Positions 1 to 12,736 of a DNA stretch of 64,000 nt are shown here, one piece after another; position 1 is the first letter of the stretch, and each line of letters starts with the position of its first letter. A program made the translations under genes and the position numbers. The stretch comes from Paramecium tetraurelia (taxonomy: Eukaryota): positions 284,216-348,215 of the forward strand of contig CT868441.1 in assembly GCA_000165425.1 (NCBI GenBank). Reading direction: 5' to 3'. The notes under the pieces were generated by a model. That model was not told the origin of the DNA. It worked only from the letters and a program-made list of their open reading frames with translations, and ran no database searches.

Positions 1-1121
1 ATATCTCTATTTTGAATCAAATTTTATAATAAATTATTGTACACCAACTTCTAATTGCATCCCAAAACCATAACCTCTTCGTTTTTTCCATAAAGTCAAT
101 CCCTTCCTTGAGCAAATCTATTTATTGAATCAATACTTCTCCTGTCTCTTAATAATTGACTTTACGATATTTAAATTCTGCTTTCAGTTATCATTTAATT
201 ATCACGCAGTATTATAAATACCAGGTCATTATTTTTTGTCCTAATAGAATAACTGCCTGGTATTTATTATAGTATCTCGTATCTTTAAATTAAATGGGTC
301 ACCATTTATCTTTTGATATCAATTCATATTTTTTTTAACTTTTAAATTTATAATAGATTTTGAATTAATTCATTTTAACAACTATTCATATACACCAGTT
401 TCTAATACTCCTTATCGATACAACTTGTCTCCTTCTCCTATTAAATAGTTCTTCGAAAATGATTTAGTGTTAATTAAAAACTTTAAGAGATATATACTTA
501 CAATATGTTGTTAATTTAGATAATATTTTTTTCCTTTCATATTTCAACATTTACAAATCTTATCTATTTCTTAAACTTATCCACTCATTTTCTCTTACTA
601 ATACAATCTAATAGTCATTATAAAAGATTTATAATAAACATTATATAATTTACAAGACGTGATAAGTTCTAATTTTTACCTAAGTCTAATCATTATTTAC
701 TATTTGTTTTTACCAAAGAACTATTTGTATGGTATAATTCTATATTAAAGGCCTTCCTTTTAAATACTGATACAAATTCAGCAATATAATTCAAGCAAGT
801 GTTAAATATATTTTTCCGTGCTGTCTTATTCAAGGGCTTTGTGTAATTAATGCCACAATATTATTTCATTATTTTTGAAAAGATTTCTAACATTGATCTT
901 TTAGATTTAGATTTAGACCAAATCTCTTTTTCCATTGTTAATGAACCGAATTGATTGCCCAAAGTGATTCTTAATATTTTATAGAGATCAATTCATTTTA
1001 GATTAATAATTTATCTTTTTGATAGCCCTAATTTTTCCAGCTATATTGGGAGCAGGAAAGTATTTATTTTTACATTTTAGTATTTATTATTATCTGTATA
1101 AGCACAAGAAGCCTTATCCAT
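1..1121 (-). pseudogene. Degenerate or uncharacterised coding region
   Basis: ATG at 1121 opens a ~140-codon frame (MDKASCAYTDNNKYQNVKNKYFPAPNIAG...) followed by plausible short introns. Around 300-380 all three frames hit TGA. No family recognised. Confidence 0.3.
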
Positions 1122-1968
1122 CTAATTACTTTATCAGAACTGAATTAGAATTGAAAATTTAAATAGACTCCTTATTGGATTGAATAAAAAATAATAATGT
1201 AAATTCTAAGAAGCCAGATGTTGTTCAATTAAAAATATTATTATTAATGATTAATTCAGAATTTCTGTATATGATAATACTTTATTCAATCATTTTTACA
1301 TTTAAAATCAAATCATTAAGGCAGGTATAGACAAGTTTGATATAAAATGATTATCTGTAGGTTATTTTAAAGAACAGACATTACTTTAAAATGTACTTGA
1401 GTGAAACAATTTGTTTTTTGCTGAAAAATTAGTCTGTGGAAATGAAATTACGTTAGTAAGATTTATATAGAGTTTGATACCACATTACAACAACCTTACA
1501 CTTATATAAGTTAGAGTTACAAGTGCTAAACAAGAGATAAATCCAAATAATCAATAAGTTTAAGGAATAAAAACTCAGGTCTTCTAAATCAAATCTATAA
1601 AATGATATTTGGACCCCACTTTAGATATGAGTCCAATGGATATATTAATGCTTCAATATATATGATAATTGGATCACAAATGAATGTGAATAAGATTAAT
1701 AAATGCATTTAGACCACTTAAATGAAGAAATCAATTTTAAATTCTTAAAGATATGGGATATAGTTAGATATTCAAAAGTCGTATGGCTAACCCTTGTAAA
1801 ATGAGATATTACTTCCAATACATTAATCAACTGCTAATAGAATAAAATATTTCTAGTTTGATTTTCTTTATTAAAAGCATATATATAATTATTAAGTTTT
1901 AATATTAGCAGTTCATATATATAAATATCATTAAATACATAAATAGAATTAAAAATTATAATAATTAT

Positions 1969-3185
1969 ATGTAACAGATATAAGAACTTGGGATAAAATG
2001 TCCTGTAAATGATCATGATTATGCATATATGGTTTGTTTAGATAAAACATGTAAAGATATTAGAGTGTTTTGTGATTCATGTGATAGAAAAGGAGAACAC
2101 GCTAGTTGTCGTAAAGATCATTAAAAATTATAAACAACAATTTCAAAATTTTAGGAAATTGAAAAAGAAAGTGAAAGTTTAAAATAAGATTTGTTATTGA
2201 CAGCTAAGGAATTATATAAACTGTTCACTTAAATAATTTAAATAATTACAAAGAAATATCAATACTCAAAATAGAGATTGGAAAAATTAAATGCAATACA
2301 ATTACATTAAGCCTTAGATCATATCATTAAATATGATGAATTTTAAAATAAATATTTATAGGAAGTTAAGTAATGTTCTAAAAATATGATTTTGTAATTG
2401 GAAAACATAATAGCAGAGTTGAAATTAGAGAACATAGTTGATACACAAGAATTAGATCCTAAAGAAAAAGTAGAACATTTTTATTAAAAAGGTAATGAAT
2501 TATTAATTTAGGATATCAATTATATTCTGAAGACGATAACTACGAATAGGCAATTAAATTATTAGATTTGTCATTACTCATTGATCCAAATCATATTAAT
2601 TCTTTATTTATAAAAGGTGTAAAATAATATATAGTATTAGCTGACTGCCTAAGATTGCTTGGTAATTACACTGATGCAATAACATGGGCAGATAAAGCTT
2701 TATCTGTTAATTCAAAACATGTCGATTCATTACATACAAAGGGTATAAAATTTACTTTAATGTATTATTAGCTGGCGCTTTATTAATGCTTGATAATCCC
2801 ATAGAGGCATTACGATTTGCTGATAAAGCTTTGTCAATTGATCCAAAGCATGCCTATTCAATACATATAAAAGGTTATTTTTCTTTTCTAAATAGGTGAA
2901 TCGTTAAGATTGTTGGATTAATATGAGAATGCCATTAAGATTTTAGATCAAGCATTGCATTACGATCCAAATTATGTATATTCTCTCGCGAGCAAAGGTT
3001 TATTTTTATTTTTATTTATTAAGGAGCATGTTTATAATCACTAGAAAAATATAATGAAGCCATTTAATCTTACAATAAAGCTCTTCAGATTAATCCAAAT
3101 TTTTAATGGGCTCAAGATAAGAAAAGTATATATTAATTAATATAATATAGCTGAATGTGAGAATTAATTAAAGAAAAACCCATGA
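1969..3185 (+). CDS. B-box-like zinc finger / coiled-coil / TPR-repeat protein (6 introns)
   Basis: Code-6 translation gives MQQIQELGIKCPVNDHDYAYMVCLDKTCKDIRVFCDSCDRKGEH (Cys/His pattern), a Q/E/K-rich helix, then repeats such as ADCLRLLGNYTDAITWADKALSVNSKHVDSLHTK. Introns at 2492-2511, 2617-2640, 2743-2771, 2874-2895, 2998-3023 and 3126-3150. TGA at 3183-3185. Confidence 0.88.
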
Positions 3186-3987
3186 ATCAAATGATAATTT
3201 TATATTATATATTGGCAAAAGTCACTCAACCATATATATTTAAACTAATTTTCAACAAATTTTAGAATAATTGACTTATCTATAAGTCTTAATTTTTCCT
3301 CTTGCATGCAGTAATAATTAATTCTTAATCAGGAAATTATTACTATATGCTAATTTGTCCTGAGCCATCAAAATCAAAATTTTTGTATTAAATTTTCACT
3401 TATTTCATTGATGTTTATGAAAAAATTATTGTATCACTGATTATATTTATTTAAGGAATTTCAATTTTGTTTATTTTGTATCAATAGTTAAAAAGAAGAA
3501 TATTATAGAGAATGAAAATATTATTAAATTTTTTTAATAGAGTGGATTAAAATTCAGATTTTATAGATTGTGATACTGTTTAACATCAATATTCATTAAT
3601 TGTTAAAGATGTGCTCTCTGTTTTAGTTGAAAGCAAAATGTTTGAACTGAAATATCATTGCTTATCTCATCTGAAAATTTCGTTAGTCTTATCTGATACG
3701 AATTTTCTAAAAATAAAAAAAAATTAACATGGATTTCAATCATATTTTTTTATCATACATTATTTAATTATTCAAAATTAAAAACTAAGAACACTAACAA
3801 ATCTAATCCGAAATATATTATTAGTCAATTGTTTTCAGAATATTATATTGCATAAGGTAATTTATTTTGATGTTAAATTTATTTTTAATTCAAAAACATA
3901 TTAGTTGATATAAAGGAATTTATAAGAAGTAGGAGTAATGAATTAATCTCAAAATTAAGGATATTTAATTCGTTTATTTTTATGAAA

Positions 3988-4320
3988 TCATACTTCAAAA
4001 AACATTTCCTATCTAAATTATTCACCTGCGTTTTTTAAGATTTGACCTTTCCAAGAGGCTTTCCATTTTCCAACTTTTTTGAGATTCTATCCATACTAAC
4101 CATGCCATTGAAGATATTTGATCTATTCTAAATTATTTAGGATTTCAGGAGGTTTTTATGGCTCTTTATTGTGATCACTAAATTTTAATTAATAAAATTA
4201 ACAGTCTCAATATTTAGCCATCAGTAACATACTTGACTTCTTCATTATTATTGATTATAATTTAGAATTTGGTCCTCAAAAATTGATACCAAAACAACCT
4301 CTCACCTTCGTACTCCTTAA
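3988..4320 (-). pseudogene. Truncated fragment of a Paramecium-expanded 'GxKxGxW' (MORN-like) repeat family gene
   Basis: Reads ...KPPEILNNLEQIKYLQWHGQYGQNLKKVGKWKASWKGQILKNAG, the typical N-terminal block of this family, then reaches TGA (3988-3990) within ~10 codons. The repeat array is missing. Confidence 0.55.
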
Positions 4321-6173
4321 ATTAATAAATTTTAAACCTTTGTTATCATCATTAGAAATTAGAAGATAGATAAATTAATTTAATTTTAATTTATTCAACC
4401 TTAATTATAAGGAAATATTTTAAAATTTAAATAATTCCTTATCTAAATAAATTATATTGTCTTAGCAGACTAATTCATAAATGTAAAATCAAAACTTTTT
4501 GAGATTTATTATTCATTAACTATTTGTGAGTAATTTTAAAACTAGTTTTTACTAGATGCTGTGTTTAAAAGTCAACGATGCTTATTGATTATAATGATTA
4601 TAACATGTTCCAGCTTTTACAAAATGTTTGCAATTATTAAAGTTATGCATTTAAAGAGAAGAAAACTGGATTATTATTTCAAGTATCTTCATTAATTCGA
4701 ATGAAGGTTTTTTGATTAAGTACAAATAGTGTGTACAATATAGAAATAAAGTAATTGTTTTTGTGAAGAATAAATTCTTATTTAAATAATGCTTTAAGGT
4801 TGCCAGTTTAATTGTATACAAAATGAATATTTATTATCAATGCTGAGTAATTGAAGTGCTTCTAATTAATGAATCCAATATTTTTGACCTTATTTTATTC
4901 TATTATTTTAACTTATGAAAGTATTATGCAAATGAAAACGCTATAAATAATAATTTATAAAAATTGCATGGATATTCCATTTTATCGCTAAAATGAAATT
5001 AAAATAAATAAACTATAAAAAATTAGAAACAGATTTTTATAATTTATTAAGCTGCTTTTGATTAAACTGATCCTATTTATTCAAAAGTAATGCTTAAAAA
5101 TAACAACTAATAAATTTCGACCAAAGTAAATTGTTTTTGTTTCTATATTTATTATTAGTGAATTATTTCTAGATGAAAGAAGCATTCGATTTTGAGAGTA
5201 GATCTCATTGCATTATAATATATTTATGATTCATATGATAATATATATAATATAATTAAATTACATGTTAAATCATTTACTAAAACTCATATTGATAATA
5301 GAAATTACTAATCCCATATGATTTTCATTAATGAAACTCTTTATAAAATTCAGTTAAATGATGATTCGAAAACTCCAGTCGAATCACTAGACTGTAATTA
5401 GCCTTAATCATTTAAAGTTGAATTTTAAAACTAATGAAACTTAATTTGCTACATATTATCTTAATCGGCATGATTCTCTATCGCTCTGATTTTATACACT
5501 TAGAATAGTTAGAGTTTTAGGTAGAGTCAAGAAGTTAATTCTGCAGTTGCCGTTGTACACCTTTAGTGGTCTAATCATTAAATGTCACAGGGTTATCCCT
5601 ATTATATCATTATATTTTACATTAAGTTATTTTCATAAATTCAAATCAGTTAATAATTGTAAAGAGGATGAGAGCGATATATACTAAAAAATTCAGACGA
5701 AATCGAAGATGCCTTAACCCCTAATAATTGATAATCTAAATTCTAATCAACATTCATATTCATTAATAACTTATTGAAAGTTAACTTTTTAATGTGATAA
5801 AGTACAAGCTACTTGATAAAACTAAAAATTAAACCCTTCGATTCTTTGGACATATTTTTTTAGGAAGAAAAATCATTATAGATAGTTAGAATTTCTTATA
5901 TACAGTCAAAAAAACTTGTATTTGACTAAGACAGCTGTTAAAGGAAAATTAAAATATCAAATAAGGCTCTAAAATTCAAGTTGTAGACGAAGTCTTGTCT
6001 AATCAAATTTTCAAGAATTGACAATTAATCATTTATTTCTTCTTATTTATAAAGTCATATATCAAGATTTTGTATTTATTTTAACTGAATAATATCAAAA
6101 TAAACATTATTTATATTCATTATTAATTACAAAAATGAAAATTAATATATTCAATAATTTTGAGAATTGTATC

Positions 6174-9100
6174 TCATTAATTGGCTAAAGTGAATAGATG
6201 TTATGATTTATTAGCTACTTTATGAGCTTTTGTTAAAATTAGGGGCTTAACTTTTTGATAAAATTTGATGAAACATTTGATTAATGGACCTAATAATCCT
6301 AAAAGTAAAATTCCGGTTTAGCAAAAGCCATAATGAATAAATTAATTAGGTGTGAAATATATACTAAATTCTTTGACATAGGCAATATTTAGAATTGTAA
6401 ATAACATTACAGGTGCTTCAATCCAAACATTCATTATAAAATCAAGATCAAGAGATTTGAAATTAATTATAATGATAAAAATTACATAAGTAAAATTGAT
6501 TTATGCTAGCAGAAAGCATTGATAAATAGGATCATTTTAAATTCCTGTTAACGTTGTGAGAAATAAAAGTTTTTTAAATAATATTATAACGTCTAATCTG
6601 TGAGCTTTTACAACCTTTGGAGATATTTTGAAGTAGTTGGTTATCAAATTTTGATCGATAATTAAAATCAGAACAATGAAATACAAAATACTAACAAATA
6701 TACTAATAATTGATCTAAGGGTATAGTGATTCATGGAAATTAAAAATATCAATACTTTGAAGCTCAAATCCCAGCTATTGGCATAAAATATTTAAGTCAA
6801 TCCCTTTAGACTATATAAGAACTAGGTTGCTAACACATGCTTACTTAAGTTATAACCTTTTAATGCAAACTACTCTAATAGGATTGATTTGCTTAATTTA
6901 ATCTTTTGAACATATACACTAGTAAACCAATAGTTAATTGAAAACCTTTTAAAATATTTTAGAAAGATATAAAGCAGTAAAAAGCAAGCCAGCTAAACAA
7001 ATAATCCATATAAATTAGTTAAGAGATCTGCATTAATTTGATATTCTTAAAATTTGCCTGGACCATCTAAATAATAATAGTCAAAAACATTTTCAAAAAA
7101 AGAATCAATTTTTAAATTTATCAATAATGGTTGCATTGATACTAATTCTGAAGATTGAAAGTAAATCTCAAGATTCTCAGGATATTTTACATTTATAAAT
7201 TTTAGATAGGATTGATATTATAAAACATCCAATATTTCTGTGAATTGAGATAAATCACCAAAAATTATTAATAAAAAGCTGCATACAGCTAGCCCGACTA
7301 TTATCCAAAAGGCAAAGTTATATAATTATTTGGCTGCAGCAATCTAATCACTATTTAAGCTAATGAAAGTTTGAAGCTTTAATTATTTTGGGCTTTTGTC
7401 AACATCAAAGTTATTTTCATCTACTAAGGATGCGTCAACAGAAACAGTTACTATAGGAGGATCAATCATTGACGAATAAAATTGAATGGCTAATAAATAA
7501 GTAGCTTAGGTTAATTCGAATTCATTTACTGGAATTACTTCTTAAATTGAATAATTATAATAGTCTACAGATAAATCATCAATTGTAAATTTAATTCTAG
7601 GAATTAAATCAGTTATTGGCTCGTTCAATCTTACAAGATGTGTGAATGATAATTATACATATTGATATGGATTGGTATGGTTTATATATGAAAGAGATAG
7701 TTAGGTGAGGAGAAAGCATCTGCTTTGAAAATTAATATCTACACAATCCCATTTATCTTCTATGATGCACTGATTAGAACATCCATCTAGATTGTCAAAA
7801 TTACCGTCATCACATTATTCTATATTGTCAAGAATTCCATCACCGCATCTCTTCATTTATATTGAATCTAAACTATCATTAATATCAGTTTAATTTCCAT
7901 TCTAAATTTCTTGGCAAAGTTCTGTCTCTTTATCCAAAACATATTAATAATTACATTTCTTACAGACATTTCCCTATTCACAATCAAGACAACCTTTAGA
8001 ACATTAGAACTAGCATTCAAAACAACCATCATATGGTTGATTATTACCATCATCGCAATCCTCTTATCCAGAAATGATGATACCATCTCCACATATGGGT
8101 CTACAAACTTAATCTACTATTTAAAAATTGTCTTCACAAATCACGCAAGTAGATATATCTACACAAACTAAACAATAGGGAAGGCATTCGAGTCGACATT
8201 CAAAACAACCATCATTGGGATCATTATTTATATCATCACATTATTCTATCGAAAAGTCTGCTATTTATCCATCTCCACATAATTAAATACAATTATTATC
8301 TCTCAATTGCCATCCTTCTTCACACAGGTAACATTTAGAATCGATACATTATTAACACTCTAACTAACAGGTTTCAGAACATTCATCATTTGAATCATGA
8401 TAGTATCCATAATATTTTGAAATTTCATTATTATTGCATTGTGGTAAGCATTCTTATTTATCATAAGATAATTTGAATGATGGATTACATTATAAGCAAT
8501 ATCCAAATTCGCACAATTAGCATTCTGAAATACAAGAAAATTAACACTAATAACAACCATCAAAACGGATCTAATTCCCATCATCACATTCTTCAAGACC
8601 TGTTATTATACCATCTCCGCATATTGGAATACACGTTTTATCAAATACTTGGTATTCCCATCCCAATAGACAATTTAAACATGTACCTTAGATACAGTTG
8701 CTACAACCTTCAACACAGTCATAAATAGAAGAAAAACAACCATCAAACGCAAATTTATTATTGTCGTTACAAAGGCTTACATTTGAATTAGTTCCTAAAA
8801 ATAATTAGACATCTCTTATGCACATCCAGGGAGAAATTGGATAAACATGTTTATTTTAAGTTGTCAGAATTGTTATTTTCACTGTGGAGCCATTATGAGG
8901 GTATTATCTAATATTGATTTATTTTTAAGTCAAGAAATAGCAAAATTCATAGGCTGAATTATCCGCTATCCAACCACCAGAATATTCAGTCGAATATACA
9001 AGGGCATCATCTATTAAAATCTTGATTTCTGTTTAATAAGAGTTCAGTACGAATACTCTTATTGAAAAGCTAATTTTGAGGTGAGACTTAAGATTATAAG

Positions 9101-9912
9101 TTTTCTCCAATTGGGTTGCAAATACTCTTAAACATTAGATTCCTATATGAACTGATTAAAATACCTGAACAACTTGATGGAGTGGTTTCAATTATTCCAT
9201 TTTTTAACCATCCTTCATTATTGGTTATTGGGCCAACAGTTCTACTGACAAATTATTATATAAATAAGTATTCGTCAAAACAACCTGTTGAATCACAAGA
9301 ATTACATCCTGTTGGACAATTTTCAATAGAGAGAATAAAGTCAGAAATTCCCCATACTCCTTTTTGTGACATCATTAGTATAAAAATAGTTGTGCTAGAA
9401 TGTTCGAATTTCCTGGAAATAGGAATTATCTCATCTTAATAAGATGAACTACCACATAAATTTGTACTAATTGCAGTATCTTAGAAGACATTATTATAAA
9501 TAATTTGATGGTCAGCATACAAGTAGAATTGGTAATTATTCCATTAGTCAATTCTAATAATTTTGGCATTAGATACCTCCAAAAATTGAATGAAATTGTC
9601 ACTTAATAGTGTGGATTAAGTTCAAATGTCTGATAAATTAAGAGATCATAATCTAAGGAAGAACAGTAATTTATCTGTAATATTTATTAGAGACCACAAG
9701 AAGCAACTTAAACAACACACACGTCATTCTTTTAAGCAACGTTTAGATCTATATATTGAGAATATCTTACCATTTGTTGGGCTGATTTAATAAAAATTTT
9801 TATAAACTACCGATGTTTATTAGGAAGAATTCATAAGTATTGTTAAATAAAAAAGCAAGTGTTGCAGTTTGATAGTATCTGATAGGGTGTTCAAATATTA
9901 TTTGTCGAACAT
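6174..9912 (-). CDS. Cysteine-rich membrane protein with CGDG..ECDDGN..DGC repeats (DUF4215/myxococcal Cys-rich type) and a multi-pass C-terminal TM region
   Basis: ATG at 9912 with two short 5' introns. Several CGDGI...EECDDGN...DGC repeats at ~7780-8780, hydrophobic helices at ~6250-7330, TGA at 6174-6176. Confidence 0.85.
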
Positions 9913-10705
9913 TAAGAAAAAAATGAAATTCAAATATATATTATCATTTGGATAAAATTCTTATTAACAATTACGTTTGAGATGATGATATTTAAATAGA
10001 AACATGTAGAAAATACATTATGGAATTTTAATTTAAAAAAAATATTCTAAAATTAAATTTATATTTAGAATGATAATTTGAGCATGGTTAGTCTCTCTAA
10101 ATTTTGTGATGGAATGATACAAATTTATTTATTTCTTAACATGTATTGCCATCATTTGATGAAAATTTTTATTGATTTTATTGATTATTAATTACCATTC
10201 TAGATAAGGCCACTATTAAAAATCTAAATAACTTTTATACCTACTAAAACTCAACAACTCTCATTCTTAGACATATCCATTAAAACATTAGCAACTAATA
10301 AAAATCATAATTGCAGTAAATTTCATTTAACTTTTCTTTGAGTAACAACGCTACCAAAATGTTATTCTGTATTTGAGAAAAATAAAGAAAATATTCTGCA
10401 ATTAAAATACTCTATACTATGATAAATACAATAAAATAGGAATGACAGATGATTAATGAACTCAAAGTATGATTTTAATTATGAGAATCTTGCCTTAAAC
10501 TTTATATAAGAATAGTTTTTGGTATGTTATTGGAATCTATTAAACTAACACTATTATCTTAACTTCAGACGATAGAGTACGAAATATTTTGATTTGAGAT
10601 TTCAATGACACAACAAATGATATTCTTATCATATTAATTTTATATTATCCTCGTAAAAATATATTTTTATAAATATATATTTATAATAATATATTTCTTT
10701 GGATT

Positions 10706-11767
10706 ATGAAACAAAGATCGAATTAATAATCTAAGAGATCACCACCATTATTTAAAGAAATAAAAAATAGATCCTTTAAATTAAATTAAACTTGTTTTGT
10801 GATGGCATTTAACATGGATGATTCATTGTTGTTAATTTAAACATCCTACACTTTATAAATATTTCAATTTAAAAATGGATATCTCAAATTTCTCTAAAAT
10901 GTAAGTGGAATACAAAACCATTGGGGGAGATATTTGAAATTTTTTAACCAAAGATAATAATTCATCACATCAGAAATAGAATGTTTTGTTCGCATAAGGC
11001 CTATAAATTTAATGTCAAGTCCTAAATATTTATACACCTTAGACCTCGAATCTGAGAATTTAATACTCCATAATTCTGAAAAGTAAATAATATCAGGTGC
11101 TAAGGACATACAATTTTGGAAAATAAAAAACAATAGTTGGTACTGCTCCCAAATTATTAATTAACTAGAGGAAAGTGAAATTTTTGGGTTATCAATAGAT
11201 CATGAAGGAAGCACAATAGTCGCCTGCTGTAAAAATAAAAAAATCCTTGTTTTAAAATGCAATTCAACTTCCAATTGGCTTGTAGCTTAGATAATAGTAG
11301 TGAATCTTCCTGGATATAGAATATGCTTTATAAACGATGATGCCTTCACTTTCTAGCCAATTTTCAGAGGAAAAATTATTTTGTATGCAAAGAATAAACA
11401 AAACATGTTTACAAAAAGAAGAGTTTTTAAAATAGAACCTGGAGGTTCAATATTTAGTCTAATGAAATGTTGCTTTCAATTTCCTCCAATATTCGATAAA
11501 AACAAAGAACTTTTAATCAATAAAAATAATCAATAGTTATAAATCATCAGCTTTCATAAAGAATAAACAAACAGAGTTAAATGGGAATTAAAAATAGAAT
11601 AACAACTTTGGTTTAATTGCTTTTACTTCCATGGTGCTATAACTCATAATGGAGATCTCTTAATAACATATGATAGAAGGAAGAATATGTGCTAGGTTTG
11701 GCAACATCGAGATGCAATAAGAAAAATAGGGAGATATTAATAAAATAAAAATAAATAAATAAAATGA
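10706..11767 (+). CDS. WD40-like beta-propeller protein (Paramecium-expanded family), 353 aa, intronless
   Basis: Continuous code-6 ORF of 1062 nt containing TCFVMAFNMDDSLLLI, QIISGAKDIQFWK, WYCSQII, IFGLSIDHEGSTIVACCKNKKILV and GAITHNGDLLITYD. Confidence 0.75.
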
Positions 11768-12736
11768 TTTAATATTAATCAAATTAGGAGTTTTATTTTC
11801 CCTATCTTAGAAATATATTGGTTAGTTTTTGATTTTTGGTTTTAATATAAGAATTTGGATTATTTAGAAAATAATTAAAAAATTACTCAATATTAAGCCT
11901 GATCATTCTGAATATGATCTTCAAAAGTGTGCCCATTTTATTATCATTAAGATGAAGCTCAGTTAATTTTCATTATATATGTAAAAATATTAATAAACAT
12001 GTATTTATTTATCATAAAAAAAAGATAGAGATCTTATTACTAAACCACAATTTGTTAAGTAGTAATTTCTAGGGTTATAAAATGAGTAAAGTTATTGATA
12101 TTTTGCTCAAATATATATTTAAATTTCGCCACGAAATAGATAGATTAAACTAAAGAAAGATCGATTTCGGATTTTTTACGAATTAAGTTTATTCAAATTA
12201 TACTCTATCACTACCACATATGGTTATCCTACTATAATCTAATAATGTAGATTGATAATTACTAATAAAAAATGCTTATTTCTTAAATTTAATATAAGTA
12301 ATTCTGCAGCCTTATCTAAAGTTACCAAATTTTTTGTTTTAAGATGTAAAATATATTATATTATTATTATAATATATTAACTTTAATTATCTTGTTTTTA
12401 ATTAAATAGAATATTCATAATATTTGTTTTATAAGAAAAAAGATTTAAAATTCCTAGATGAAAATAATATTATAGTCTAATGTCAATTAAAATGAATTTT
12501 CTATTTTCTACTTTGAATTTCCCATTCACATATAAATTGAGTGTCCATATTCAATATTATCATTCTTTATATGATTCTTCTACATTCACATGTTTAAAAT
12601 TAATAACTTACTGAGTTAATTTAATAATAATGTTTTTTATCTTAAGAAATGATTTAGTGCGATTTATCATTAGCGTTTTAAAGATATCTTTAATATAAGT
12701 TAGTCTATTTGATAACGTAAAATTATGTAATATATA

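Noticed and set aside
1..1121. Considered as telomerase RT or retroelement fragment
   Set aside because: No CP, T or RT motifs were found in any frame.
4500..6000. Possible remnants of a Cys-rich membrane protein gene on the plus strand
   Set aside because: Only scattered suggestive codons with frequent TGA in all frames, so no model could be built.
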